NCBI GenBank assembly: GCA_027859125.1
Contig: JAQIBK010000043.1
Location: forward strand, 1-41,307
Origin: Actinomycetota bacterium
Lineage (GTDB): Bacteria; Actinomycetota; Coriobacteriia; Anaerosomatales; UBA3086
Direction of reading: 5' to 3'
Length of the DNA: 41,307 nt
Shown in pieces: positions 10,319-19,728 of this stretch. The notes beneath the pieces were generated by a model. That model did no database searches. It was not told the origin of the DNA and saw only the letters and a list, made by a program, of their open reading frames with translations. The first letter of the stretch is position 1. The number at the start of each line of letters is the position of its first letter. Both the position numbers and the translations under genes were made by a program.

Positions 10319-11427
10319 GCTCCGTCGCCAAGAGCCGCCGCCGCAAGACGCTCCCAGGTCATGTTCGCGGAGACTCGCATGATGCCTTCACTCATGTCCC
10401 GGTCAGAACGATCGGCGAACGCGCGTATCGCCCCTGCAACAGCCGCAGGGTCGTCGGCAGGTACGATGTAGCCGCTCTCCTGATCCTGAACCACGTCTGG
10501 CAGACCGCCCACATCTGTGACGACAACCGGTTTGCCATAGCGGTAGGCGCAAGGAATGACTCCGGATCCAGTCGCACTCCGATACGGCAGTACCACGAGG
10601 TCCGCGCGCGTGAAGTAGTTCGCCGCCTCGACATCGGACACGTAGCGCGTCACGAACTCCACTCGATCCGCCATGCCCGCACGTGCAACACCGTCGACGA
10701 TCCGCGACATGTCCTCCCACGACTCGCCCACCACTGATAGCATCACATCGAGATCAGCGAGCATGGGCATCGCGTCCAGCAGCACAGGCAACCCCTTGTA
10801 CGGACGAATGAAGCCGAAGAAGAGCAGCTCCAGATCGGCTCTCTTGGGCAACTCCTCCGAGGGGTCGGGGAAACCCTCGTACACAGGATGCGGACACATG
10901 CCCACCTCGGCACCCGGAACGAGTTCGGTCAGCCTTCTGGCGTCGGAGAGTGTGTGGGTGACGAATCGATCTCCAGAGCGCAGTACTCTGGCCGTCAGTG
11001 CAGTCTTCCAGGGGGCCGCCTCGTGCTCGATCACGTTGTGACACATGAACACGACCTCGATTCCTGCGCGACGCAACCCTCGGGCAAGATATCCGAAACA
11101 GGGTGCCCAGAAGATGGTCCACCACGGCATCACAACCGTATCAGCCCCCCATGAGCGGAGCTCGGACAGCGCTCGGCGCCATGTTCGCGGATCCATCGAG
11201 TCGATCAAGTAGTCAGTTCCGGGTTCGACATGACCTTCGAGAGCGGGATCGCGATCGGACTCCCCGGGGAACAGCCACACCGGGTACTGACGTTCGAAGG
11301 AGATCACGCGAAGATCGCATACCTCATCGAGCGCTCGTCCGAGAAGCATTGTGTGTTGCGCGATTCCACCCCTGAATGGAGGGACGGGACCCACGAGTCC
11401 AACACGGCGCGACGTCCGTTCGCTCAT
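10315..11427 (-). CDS. family 4 (GT-B) glycosyltransferase
   Basis: GPVPPFRGGIAQH, FFGFIRPYKG, VVLPYRSATGSG, PVVVTDVGGLPD. Confidence 0.9.
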   Translation of the reverse strand: MSERTSRRVGLVGPVPPFRGGIAQHTMLLGRALDEVCDLRVISFERQYPVWLFPGESDRDPALEGHVEPGTDYLIDSMDPRTWRRALSELRSWGADTVVMPWWTIFWAPCFGYLARGLRRAGIEVVFMCHNVIEHEAAPWKTALTARVLRSGDRFVTHTLSDARRLTELVPGAEVGMCPHPVYEGFPDPSEELPKRADLELLFFGFIRPYKGLPVLLDAMPMLADLDVMLSVVGESWEDMSRIVDGVARAGMADRVEFVTRYVSDVEAANYFTRADLVVLPYRSATGSGVIPCAYRYGKPVVVTDVGGLPDVVQDQESGYIVPADDPAAVAGAIRAFADRSDRDMSEGIMRVSANMTWERLAAAALGDGA

Positions 11428-11579
11428 CTATGTCTCCTCGGCAATTCCGGTCATTCTAATCCGTTGTCCGACCGCAGAAAGAGTAACTCATGATCAGCAT
11501 AGCGTGCGCGATCGAGCCAAAGCGCTAGAATGGGACGGTCGCGGTCGCAAGTCATGAAGACACAGGTGAAAGGCACTAT

Positions 11580-12863
11580 ATGAAGAAGCAGATCACAGTT
11601 TTTGGGGCAGGTTATGTTGGGCTGATCGCAGGCGTCTGTCTGGCCCACTCGGGCCATGACGTGACCGTATGTGATATTGACCGAGACAAGCTGGCAGAAC
11701 TGACTGCCGGATACAGCCCGATCTTCGAACCAGGCCTTGAAGCACTTCTGACGGAGGGCTTGAACAAAGGCAACCTGCGTTTCTTCCACACCGACGATCT
11801 GCCGGAAGTCCTTTCAGGGATCATCTTCGTGGCGGTCGGCACCCCGCCGACACCCTCTGGCTCGGCCGACATGACATATGTGAGGACGGTCATCGACTCG
11901 GTGGCGATGTGCGCAGAGCCGGACACCCTGCTGGTCATGAAGAGCACTGTCCCTCCGGGAACCGGAGTGAAGCTCTCTTCACGCCTCAATGGTTCGGGAG
12001 TCGAATACGTCTCCAATCCTGAATTCCTCCGAGAAGGTTCCGCGGTCAACGACTGGTACCGCACCGACCGAATCGTGCTGGGTGGATCCGAGAAAGCCGT
12101 CAGTAGAGCGGCAGCGCTGTATGCCGATGTCGAAGCACCCATGCTCGCCTGCGATATCACGAGTGCTGAGATGATCAAGTACGCGAGCAACGCATTCCTG
12201 GCCACCAAGATCTCCTTCATCAACGAAATCGCCTCCATATGCGATCTGGTGGGTGCTCAGATCGACTTTGTGGCACAAGGTGTCGGAATGGACGGACGCA
12301 TCGGCCCGGCGTTCCTCAAGCCCGGCATAGGCTACGGCGGCTCATGCTTTCCCAAGGACACCCGAGCACTGGACTTCCTGGCCTCATTCAACGGTTACGA
12401 CTTCCACCTCCTTCGCGGAGTCATAGAGGTCAATGCTCGTCAACGCATGATGCCGGTTCGTGCCCTCATGGAGCATATCGGCGACTTGGACGGCAAGCGC
12501 GTCGCAGTCCTGGGCCTTACTTTCAAGCCGGACACTGACGACACGCGCGAAGCGCCCGCAGTGGATATCATCTCCATGCTCGCAGCAGAGGGCGCTGACG
12601 TGACCGGCTACAATCCGGTGCCTACAACGTTGACAGGGCCGTTCACAGTTGCCGACTCGATCGATGCCGCCGTGGAAGGCGCAAACGCGGTGATCGTCAC
12701 CACCGAATGGCCGGAGATCTGCAACGCAGACTGGGCAGCACTCGTGCCCGGGATGGCACCCGACGTGCTGATATACGACGGTCGCAACTGTCTCTCCCCC
12801 GACACGATCCGGTCATCTGGCGCCAGGTACGTGGGCGTGGGTCGACCCCAGATCGGGGCATGA
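11580..12863 (+). CDS. ugd: UDP-glucose 6-dehydrogenase
   Basis: GAGYVG Rossmann motif, VGTP, KSTVPPG, SNPEFLREG, KYASNAFLA, GYGGSCFPKD catalytic Cys, FKPDTDDTREAP. Confidence 0.93.
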   Translation: MKKQITVFGAGYVGLIAGVCLAHSGHDVTVCDIDRDKLAELTAGYSPIFEPGLEALLTEGLNKGNLRFFHTDDLPEVLSGIIFVAVGTPPTPSGSADMTYVRTVIDSVAMCAEPDTLLVMKSTVPPGTGVKLSSRLNGSGVEYVSNPEFLREGSAVNDWYRTDRIVLGGSEKAVSRAAALYADVEAPMLACDITSAEMIKYASNAFLATKISFINEIASICDLVGAQIDFVAQGVGMDGRIGPAFLKPGIGYGGSCFPKDTRALDFLASFNGYDFHLLRGVIEVNARQRMMPVRALMEHIGDLDGKRVAVLGLTFKPDTDDTREAPAVDIISMLAAEGADVTGYNPVPTTLTGPFTVADSIDAAVEGANAVIVTTEWPEICNADWAALVPGMAPDVLIYDGRNCLSPDTIRSSGARYVGVGRPQIGA

Positions 12864-12908
12864 ACGTTTCAGAGCAATATGTCAGTCTCTTTGGCTCTAG
12901 GAGGACCC

Positions 12909-14027
12909 GTGTCCCGTTTCAATCTGAACGACTCCGCGCTCGAACCGATCGCCGACAAGATCGTCGCTGGTGAACGCCTATCCCGCGAGGACGGCATCGC
13001 ACTGTATGCAAGCCGTGACCTCGTAGGCATCGGGCAACTGGCCGACTTCGTTCGTCGCGAACAGAACGGCGACCGAGTTCACTTCATGGTCAATCGTCAC
13101 ATCAACCCCACGAACGTGTGCCGCAACCGCTGCAAGTTCTGCGCCTTCGCCCGCAGTGAGGGCGAGGAGGGCGCTTATGCCATGACGCTCGATGCGATCG
13201 TGGACGCCGCCATCGAAGGCGCCAACGACGGCGCGTACGAGGTTCACATCGTGAGCGGTCTGCACCCCGAGTGGAGCTACGAGTTCTATGTGGACATGGT
13301 GCGCCGTGTCCGGGAGGCGATCCCCAAGCGTGTCATCGTGCAGGCGTTCACCGCCGTTGAGATCGAGCACATGGCCATCATCGCCGAGAAGAGCACGCTC
13401 GAAGTCCTGCGCGATCTTCAGGAGGCCGGGCTGGACGCCCTACCCGGTGGCGGTGCAGAGATATTCTCGGATCGCACACGAGCGGCGGCCTGGGACAAGA
13501 AGACGACAAGCGACGTCTGGCTTCGCATCCACGGTGAGGCCCACTCGCTAGGAATCAAGACCAACTGCACCATGCTCTACGGCCATATAGAGACCTCTGA
13601 AGAACGCGTGGACCATCTGATCACCTTGCGGGAGCAACAGGACAAGAGCGGAGGCTTCCTGGCCTTCATCCCGCTCGCGTTCCATCCCGCCAACACCGAG
13701 CTCGAGGACCTGCCGGGAACGACCGGTTTCGATGACCTCAAGACCTTGGGGATCGCACGCCTCATGCTCGACAACATCCCGCACATCAAGGCGTTCTGGA
13801 TCATGATCGGGCTCAAGATGGCTCAACTCTCGACCGTCTTCGGTGTCGATGACATCGACGGCACGGTCGTAGAGGAGAAGATCACTCACATGGCCGGTGC
13901 CACCACGCCGGAGGCGCTGTCCAAACAGGACCTAGTGGACATGATCCGCGAGACCGGCCACACGCCGGTGGAGCGAGACACGCTCTACAACTACATAAAG
14001 GTGTACGACGCGGACACGACCGAATAA
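12909..14027 (+). CDS. mqnE: aminofutalosine synthase (radical SAM)
   Basis: GTG at 12909 after SD AGGAGG; NRHINPTNVCRNRCKFC, PGGGAEIF, TMLYGHIE, HIKAFW, DIDGTVVEEKI. Confidence 0.92.
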   Translation: MSRFNLNDSALEPIADKIVAGERLSREDGIALYASRDLVGIGQLADFVRREQNGDRVHFMVNRHINPTNVCRNRCKFCAFARSEGEEGAYAMTLDAIVDAAIEGANDGAYEVHIVSGLHPEWSYEFYVDMVRRVREAIPKRVIVQAFTAVEIEHMAIIAEKSTLEVLRDLQEAGLDALPGGGAEIFSDRTRAAAWDKKTTSDVWLRIHGEAHSLGIKTNCTMLYGHIETSEERVDHLITLREQQDKSGGFLAFIPLAFHPANTELEDLPGTTGFDDLKTLGIARLMLDNIPHIKAFWIMIGLKMAQLSTVFGVDDIDGTVVEEKITHMAGATTPEALSKQDLVDMIRETGHTPVERDTLYNYIKVYDADTTE

Positions 14028-14028
14028 C

Positions 14029-14862
14029 ATGCGCCCCCGCCTGGGTCACATCCAGTTCCTGAACTGCCTGCCGCTCTACTACGGTCTGGTCAAGAACGAC
14101 GTGCTCCTTGACGTCGACCTGGTTCAAGCGGCCCCCAAGGACCTCACCCGCATGCTGCTGGACGGCAAGCTCGACATCGCACCGATACCTGCGATCGAGT
14201 ACGCGCGCAACGCGAAGGACCTCGTACTGCTCCCCGACATCGCGATCTCGAGCGAAGGGGAGGTCCAGTCGATCCTGCTGCTGTCCAAAGTGCCCGTAGA
14301 TGAGCTCGATGGCGCCCGCGTGGCCCTGACCGACACGTCGCGCACATCTCAGGTGCTGGCCCGAGTGCTGCTCCAGAACCACTGGGAAGTGACCCCCGAG
14401 TATGTGGAGATGCCACCGGATCTTCCCGCGATGCTTCGCGATGCCGATGCAGCGCTCCTCATCGGCGATGAGGCCCTACGTGCGTACTGGGAGCATGACG
14501 AGAACCTGCACGCATACGACCTGGGCGATGTCTGGACACAGTGGACGGGCCTTCCCATGGTTTACGCCGTATGGGCCGTGAGACGCGACTACGCCGAGAA
14601 TGAGGCTGGCGCTCTCTCGAGCGTTGCGCACGCCCTCTCAGGCTCACTCGCCTACTGTCGGGCCAACCTGGACGACATCGCCGAGTACGCTGCTCGCTGG
14701 GAGTCCTTCCCCGTCGGCCACTTCCGTTCGTATTTCGACGCGCTTCAATTCAGATTCGAGCCCCGCTACCGTGAAGGCCTCGCTCGCTACCTCAGCGAGG
14801 CCCACAACATAGAACAACTGGAAACGATCCCACGGATAGAGATCGCGGAGGTCTCCACATGA
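14029..14862 (+). CDS. mqnA: chorismate dehydratase
   Basis: GHIQFLNCLPLYYGL, VQSILL, SRTS, LLIGDEAL, DLGDVWTQWTGLPMVYAVW. Confidence 0.93.
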   Translation: MRPRLGHIQFLNCLPLYYGLVKNDVLLDVDLVQAAPKDLTRMLLDGKLDIAPIPAIEYARNAKDLVLLPDIAISSEGEVQSILLLSKVPVDELDGARVALTDTSRTSQVLARVLLQNHWEVTPEYVEMPPDLPAMLRDADAALLIGDEALRAYWEHDENLHAYDLGDVWTQWTGLPMVYAVWAVRRDYAENEAGALSSVAHALSGSLAYCRANLDDIAEYAARWESFPVGHFRSYFDALQFRFEPRYREGLARYLSEAHNIEQLETIPRIEIAEVST

Positions 14863-15959
14863 TGGACAGGGATACCGCACGGGAACTCGCTCTCAAAGCG
14901 GGGAACGGGGAGTACCGCCTCACCGACGACGAGACACTGCTGTTGCTCTCCTCGGCGGAACTGCTCGACTTGGGCTCCTCGGCCACCGCCATGCGGAACA
15001 GACTCCATCCGGGCGACGACGTCACCTTCATAGTCGACCGCAACGTGAACTACACCAACGTCTGCGTCTCACGCTGTCGTTTCTGCGCGTTCTATCGCGA
15101 CCAGGACGAGCCCGACGCATACGTTCTCACGCAAGAGCAGCTGGACGAGAAGATCGCGGAGACGCTCGACTTGGAGGGAACGGCGATCCTGCTCCAGGGC
15201 GGCATGCATCCGGAGCTGGGCGTCGACTGGTACGAGCACATGCTCCACAGCATCAAGTGCGGGCATCCTGACATCCACGTCCACGGCTTCGGTCCGCCGG
15301 AGATCGTGCATATCGCCCGCGTGTCCGACCTCTCAGTACATGACACGCTGATCAGATTGCGTGATGCCGGGCTCGACTCCCTGCCCGGTGGCGGCGCGGA
15401 GATCCTGTCGGATCGGGTCCGTGCGTACTCCTCGCCCAAGAAGGCGACCGCCGAGGAGTGGATCGGCGTCATGCGCAAAGCGCACGAGATCGACATGTCG
15501 ACGACCGCCACCATGATGTTCGGCGGCGCCGAGACGATCTTGGAACGAGTCGAGCACCTGCGACGCATCCGTGACCTGCAGGATGAGTCGATGGCGGCCG
15601 GACGCGTGGGCTTTCGCGCGTTCATCCCCTGGTCATTCCAGCCGGGCAACACCGAACAGGGTGGCGGAACAGCCACGAGCTGGGAGTATCTGCGGATGCT
15701 CGCCGTGTCACGTTTGTACTTGGACAACGTGCCCAATATCCAGGCCTCATGGGTCACACAGGGGGAGAAGATCGGACAGGTCGCGCTCGCCTTCGGTGCC
15801 AACGACATGGGCTCGACGATGATCGAAGAGAACGTTGTGGCTGCAGCGGGGGTGCGATTCCGTGTCGGCCGTGACGAGCTTGTCTGGTTGATACGCGAAG
15901 CTGGTTTCACACCTGTGCAACGCGACACCCTATACCGCGAAGTCAGACGTTTCGGGTAG
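14859..15959 (+). CDS. mqnC: cyclic dehypoxanthinyl futalosine synthase (radical SAM)
   Basis: DRNVNYTNVCVSRCRFCAFY, LLQGG, TATMMFG, AFIPWSFQ, NIQASWVTQG, GSTMIEENVV. Confidence 0.93.
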   Translation: MMDRDTARELALKAGNGEYRLTDDETLLLLSSAELLDLGSSATAMRNRLHPGDDVTFIVDRNVNYTNVCVSRCRFCAFYRDQDEPDAYVLTQEQLDEKIAETLDLEGTAILLQGGMHPELGVDWYEHMLHSIKCGHPDIHVHGFGPPEIVHIARVSDLSVHDTLIRLRDAGLDSLPGGGAEILSDRVRAYSSPKKATAEEWIGVMRKAHEIDMSTTATMMFGGAETILERVEHLRRIRDLQDESMAAGRVGFRAFIPWSFQPGNTEQGGGTATSWEYLRMLAVSRLYLDNVPNIQASWVTQGEKIGQVALAFGANDMGSTMIEENVVAAAGVRFRVGRDELVWLIREAGFTPVQRDTLYREVRRFG

Positions 15960-15992
15960 GCTTTTCAGTAGACTGGAACCACAGGAGGCCAT

Positions 15993-16880
15993 ATGCCCGA
16001 TCAGAACATACCCCGAGCCACGTTCGGAATATGCGGCGGTTCAGGAACTCTGTCCTTCGCATTTCCTGCAGGCCTGGACGACAACCGTGTGACCGTACTG
16101 GCAGAGGACCTCGTGTTCGACACACCGTTCGGTCGCTCTCCGGTGTTCACGCACTTCCGCGTCGATGGCCCCCATGGTCCCCGCGAGGCAATGTCCGTCA
16201 AGATGCACGGGTGGCGTCGTGGCGTGAAGCGCGCAGACGCCTCGCTCCAGACCTTCTGGGTGTTCCATGAGGCCGGAGTCAGCAAAGTGCTCGCCGACGG
16301 CGGTGTAGGCTCTCTCAACCACCTTCTAGACCCCCGCGACATCGTGATCCCCAATGACTTCATGGATCTGAGCATGAAACAGGACATCTACGTTCGCGGA
16401 GACCACCTTCTGATCATGCGTCAACCGGTCTGTGGGAACCTATCGGCCCAGCTGTTCAACGCGGCAAGTGAATCCTTCGATCGAGTCTATCGACGTGGCA
16501 CCTACACGGTGACGGATGGACCTCGATTCGAGTCGGTGGCAGAGGTCGACTACATGAAGCGACTCGGGGGCGACGTCATCGGTCAGTCCTTCTCGCCAGA
16601 GGTCTTCCTGGCCCGTGATATCGGCGCCTGTTACGCGGGCATCTACATCGTGGTCAACTACGGCGAGGGCATCGTGCGCGACTGGGAGCACGATGAGCTC
16701 AAGTCGATCTTCTTCGACGAGTCCACGACTATCGCCCGTTGCGTGATCGACGCGGTCAGCGCCACGGACATGGGCGCCCCCTGTGAGTGCGCGGAGCATC
16801 GCAAGCCGAGTCTTCTGGATATCGCCGACGAGCGTCCCGATGATCAACGACCCATGCCCACTTCGAGCAGAGAACAGTAG
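15993..16880 (+). CDS. MTAP/PNP-family nucleoside phosphorylase-fold protein with atypical active site (candidate futalosine hydrolase)
   Basis: GICGGSG, DTPFG, xHG, VGSL, GPRFES, PEVFLARD, VVNYG; SD AGGAGG; inside the mqn cluster. Confidence 0.85.
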   Translation: MPDQNIPRATFGICGGSGTLSFAFPAGLDDNRVTVLAEDLVFDTPFGRSPVFTHFRVDGPHGPREAMSVKMHGWRRGVKRADASLQTFWVFHEAGVSKVLADGGVGSLNHLLDPRDIVIPNDFMDLSMKQDIYVRGDHLLIMRQPVCGNLSAQLFNAASESFDRVYRRGTYTVTDGPRFESVAEVDYMKRLGGDVIGQSFSPEVFLARDIGACYAGIYIVVNYGEGIVRDWEHDELKSIFFDESTTIARCVIDAVSATDMGAPCECAEHRKPSLLDIADERPDDQRPMPTSSREQ

Positions 16881-16889
16881 GTCTGAACT

Positions 16890-18209
16890 GTGCTACTCAC
16901 TGCTGACTGGGTCATCCCGGTTTCAGGTCCACCCATCAGGAATGGCGCGATACTCGTCAAGGGTCACACGATCGATGAGATCGGCACGATCGACGATCTT
17001 GCCCAGAAAGACCCCCGTGCCGTGCGAAGCGACTTCCCCGGGTGCGTGATAACGCCCGGGTTGGTGAATGCGCACACGCATCTCTCTCTAACAGTTCTCG
17101 GCGGGTTGATTCCGCCACAGGAGTTCCACGATTGGATCGCACATGTTCCGGCGACTGTTCGAGCGTTGGACCAGAACGATCTTGCCGCATCCGCCTCGGC
17201 TGGTGCGATCGAATGCCTCATGACCGGGGCCACTGTTGTCGGTGACATCGCGTACGGGCCAGAGGCCCCTTCCGCAGCGTCGGACATGGGATTGGCCGGC
17301 ACTTTCTTCTGGGAGGTGCTGGGGATTGCAGGAGAGGATCTCGAGCGTCGACTCAAAGAAGATGACTATCCTGAGAGCCCTCCAAAGTCATGCTCTGGCA
17401 GGGCGCGATGCGGACTTTCTCCGCACTCACCCTACACATCTGGACCAAGCCTCCTTCGAGCGGTCCGCGATCTGACGAGAAAACATGAAGTCGGTTTCGC
17501 CGTGCATATCGCCGAGTCCCCCGCTGAGGTCGAACTGATCAGAGACGGCACCGGACCACTGGCTCATCTGGCCTCTCGTTTTGCGACGGAGTTCCGCACG
17601 CCAGGAGTCACTCCGGTCAGGTACCTGCATTCGCTGGGCGCACTGGAGGGCGCAGTTGCAGTTCACTGCGTACACGTACCTCCCGCTGACATCCCACTTC
17701 TGGCGAATCAAGCCCGCGGAGTGGTCTTCTGTCCGCGCTCCAATGCCTATCTGAACGCTGGTCAGGCGCCGGTCACCAGGATCATGAACGCCGGAGCCCG
17801 TATCGGACTGGGAACGGACTCGTCGGCGAGCAACATTGACTTGGACCTGCTCAAGGAACTCCGAGTGCTCATTGCGGGTGCGCCAACGATCTCACCGGAA
17901 CGCGGCCTGCGAATCATAACCATCGAAGGGGCGGAGGTCCTTGGACTCGATGACGCGTTCGGCAGCCTGGAACCAGGGAAACAGGCCGACATCTCGATCT
18001 GGAGAATGCCTTCGACGGACCAACCTGTTCGCGACCTGATCGAGCAAGGGAGCGGCAAGTCGATCGAAGCCGTGATGAGTTCGGGGATCTGGAGAATACG
18101 AAGCGGCCAGCCCGCGTTCCCGACCGGGAACATCGAACTGGCCGCCAAGCACGCGCAGATCAAGGCTGCTCTGGCCCTGAAAGGGTCGCAGCCGAGTTCG
18201 TCGGCCTAG
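16890..18209 (+). CDS. metal-dependent amidohydrolase, probable aminodeoxyfutalosine deaminase
   Basis: PGLVNAHTHL, SPHSPY, VHIAESPAE, AVHCV, LGTDSSASN, GSLEPGKQAD (COG0402 type); mqn context. Confidence 0.8.
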   Translation: MLLTADWVIPVSGPPIRNGAILVKGHTIDEIGTIDDLAQKDPRAVRSDFPGCVITPGLVNAHTHLSLTVLGGLIPPQEFHDWIAHVPATVRALDQNDLAASASAGAIECLMTGATVVGDIAYGPEAPSAASDMGLAGTFFWEVLGIAGEDLERRLKEDDYPESPPKSCSGRARCGLSPHSPYTSGPSLLRAVRDLTRKHEVGFAVHIAESPAEVELIRDGTGPLAHLASRFATEFRTPGVTPVRYLHSLGALEGAVAVHCVHVPPADIPLLANQARGVVFCPRSNAYLNAGQAPVTRIMNAGARIGLGTDSSASNIDLDLLKELRVLIAGAPTISPERGLRIITIEGAEVLGLDDAFGSLEPGKQADISIWRMPSTDQPVRDLIEQGSGKSIEAVMSSGIWRIRSGQPAFPTGNIELAAKHAQIKAALALKGSQPSSSA

Positions 18210-18913
18210 ACCTCACCCAGGTACGTCTTGCGCACCAGTTCGTTGGCGAGAAGCTCCTTGCCCGGACCCTCGAGCACTACCTTGCCCGTCTCCAGAACGT
18301 AGCCGCGGTTCGCGATCGACAGTGCCATGTGAGCGTTCTGCTCGACCAGCAGGATCGTCATGCCCTCCTTGTTCAAGCGCACGATGGTCTCAAAAATGGT
18401 ATCGACGATGACCGGCGCAAGACCCATCGAAGGCTCATCGAGCATGAGCAACAGGGGCTTGGCCATCATGGCACGGGCCATCGCAAGCATCTGCTGCTCG
18501 CCACCGGACAGCGTGCCACCCTTCTGGTTCTTACGTTCACGCAGGCGCGGGAACAGCTCGAAGGCGCGTTCGATATCGGCTGCGATCTCCGCCTTGTCGT
18601 TGCGCAGGAACGCACCCATATCCAGGTTCTCCTGCACTGACATCTGCGGGAAGATGTGACGACCCTCGGGCACCTGGATGATTCGCTTGGCCGTCACCTC
18701 ATGAGACAGCATGCCGCTGACAGTCTCACCTAGGAACTGCACGTCACCCTCAGTAGGATGCAACTGTCCCGAGATCGTCTTCAGGGTGGTCGACTTGCCC
18801 GCTCCATTCGCACCGATCAACGTGACGATCTCGCCCTCGTTCACCTCGACCGAGATGCCTTTGAGAGCCTCGATCTTGCCGTAGAATGTGTGGATGTTGT
18901 TTACCTTGAGCAC
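18206..18913 (-). CDS. livF: branched-chain amino acid ABC transporter ATP-binding protein
   Basis: GANGAGKST, VPEGRHIF, LSGGEQQMLA, LDEPSMGLAP, LVEQNA. Confidence 0.95.
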   Translation of the reverse strand: MLKVNNIHTFYGKIEALKGISVEVNEGEIVTLIGANGAGKSTTLKTISGQLHPTEGDVQFLGETVSGMLSHEVTAKRIIQVPEGRHIFPQMSVQENLDMGAFLRNDKAEIAADIERAFELFPRLRERKNQKGGTLSGGEQQMLAMARAMMAKPLLLMLDEPSMGLAPVIVDTIFETIVRLNKEGMTILLVEQNAHMALSIANRGYVLETGKVVLEGPGKELLANELVRKTYLGEV

Positions 18914-18925
18914 GTGGTGGCCCTC

Positions 18926-19708
18926 CTAGCTCTGAGCCAAGAGCGCTTCGGCACCAGAGCCGAGATACGCCTCGATGACCTTGGGGTTCTTCTGGATCTC
19001 CTCGGGCAAGCCCTCGGCGATCTTCTCACCGAAGTCCAGCACGATGACACGGTCCGCGATACCCATCACGACCTTCATGTCGTGCTCGATCAGTAGAACA
19101 GTGACGCCCACATCGCGGATCTTGCCGATCAGATCGGTAAGACCGCCCGTCTCCTGCGGGTTCATCCCCGCAGCCGGCTCGTCGAGCAAGATGAGCTTGG
19201 GTTCGGTGGCGAGTGCACGCGCGATCTCGAGCTTGCGCTGGCTGCCATACGGCAGGTTCATAGCCAGTTCGTTGGCCACATTCTCCAGGCCAACGAAACG
19301 CAGCCATTTGCGAGCCTCATCCTCAGTGTGCTGCTCCTCACGCTTGAATGCCGGCGTGCGAAGCACGGCCTGAAGTGGCGTGACATGGGTGCGCACATGG
19401 CGACCCACCATGACGTTCTCAAGAGCGGTCATGTTGGAGAACAGTCGGATGTTCTGGAACGTACGAGCTACACCCATCGCGCAGATGCGGTGCGCCTTCT
19501 TGCCCGTGAGCGACTTGCCGTTGAACAACAGCGAGCCGCTCGTGGGCTGGTAGATGCCTGTCAGCAGGTTGAACATCGTCGTCTTGCCAGCACCGTTCGG
19601 GCCGATAAGAGCCACGATCTCCCCGTCGTCGAGAGAGAACTCGACCTCGGAGAGAGCCTTCAGGCCACCGAACTGCATCGTGATGTTGTTGATCTCAAGC
19701 ATTGCCAT
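18926..19708 (-). CDS. livG: branched-chain amino acid ABC transporter ATP-binding protein
   Basis: GPNGAGKTT, ARTFQNIRLF, LPYGSQRKLEIARAL, LDEPAAG, IEHDM. Confidence 0.95.
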   Translation of the reverse strand: MAMLEINNITMQFGGLKALSEVEFSLDDGEIVALIGPNGAGKTTMFNLLTGIYQPTSGSLLFNGKSLTGKKAHRICAMGVARTFQNIRLFSNMTALENVMVGRHVRTHVTPLQAVLRTPAFKREEQHTEDEARKWLRFVGLENVANELAMNLPYGSQRKLEIARALATEPKLILLDEPAAGMNPQETGGLTDLIGKIRDVGVTVLLIEHDMKVVMGIADRVIVLDFGEKIAEGLPEEIQKNPKVIEAYLGSGAEALLAQS

Positions 19709-19728
19709 TACAGTTCCTCCTTTCGGCC

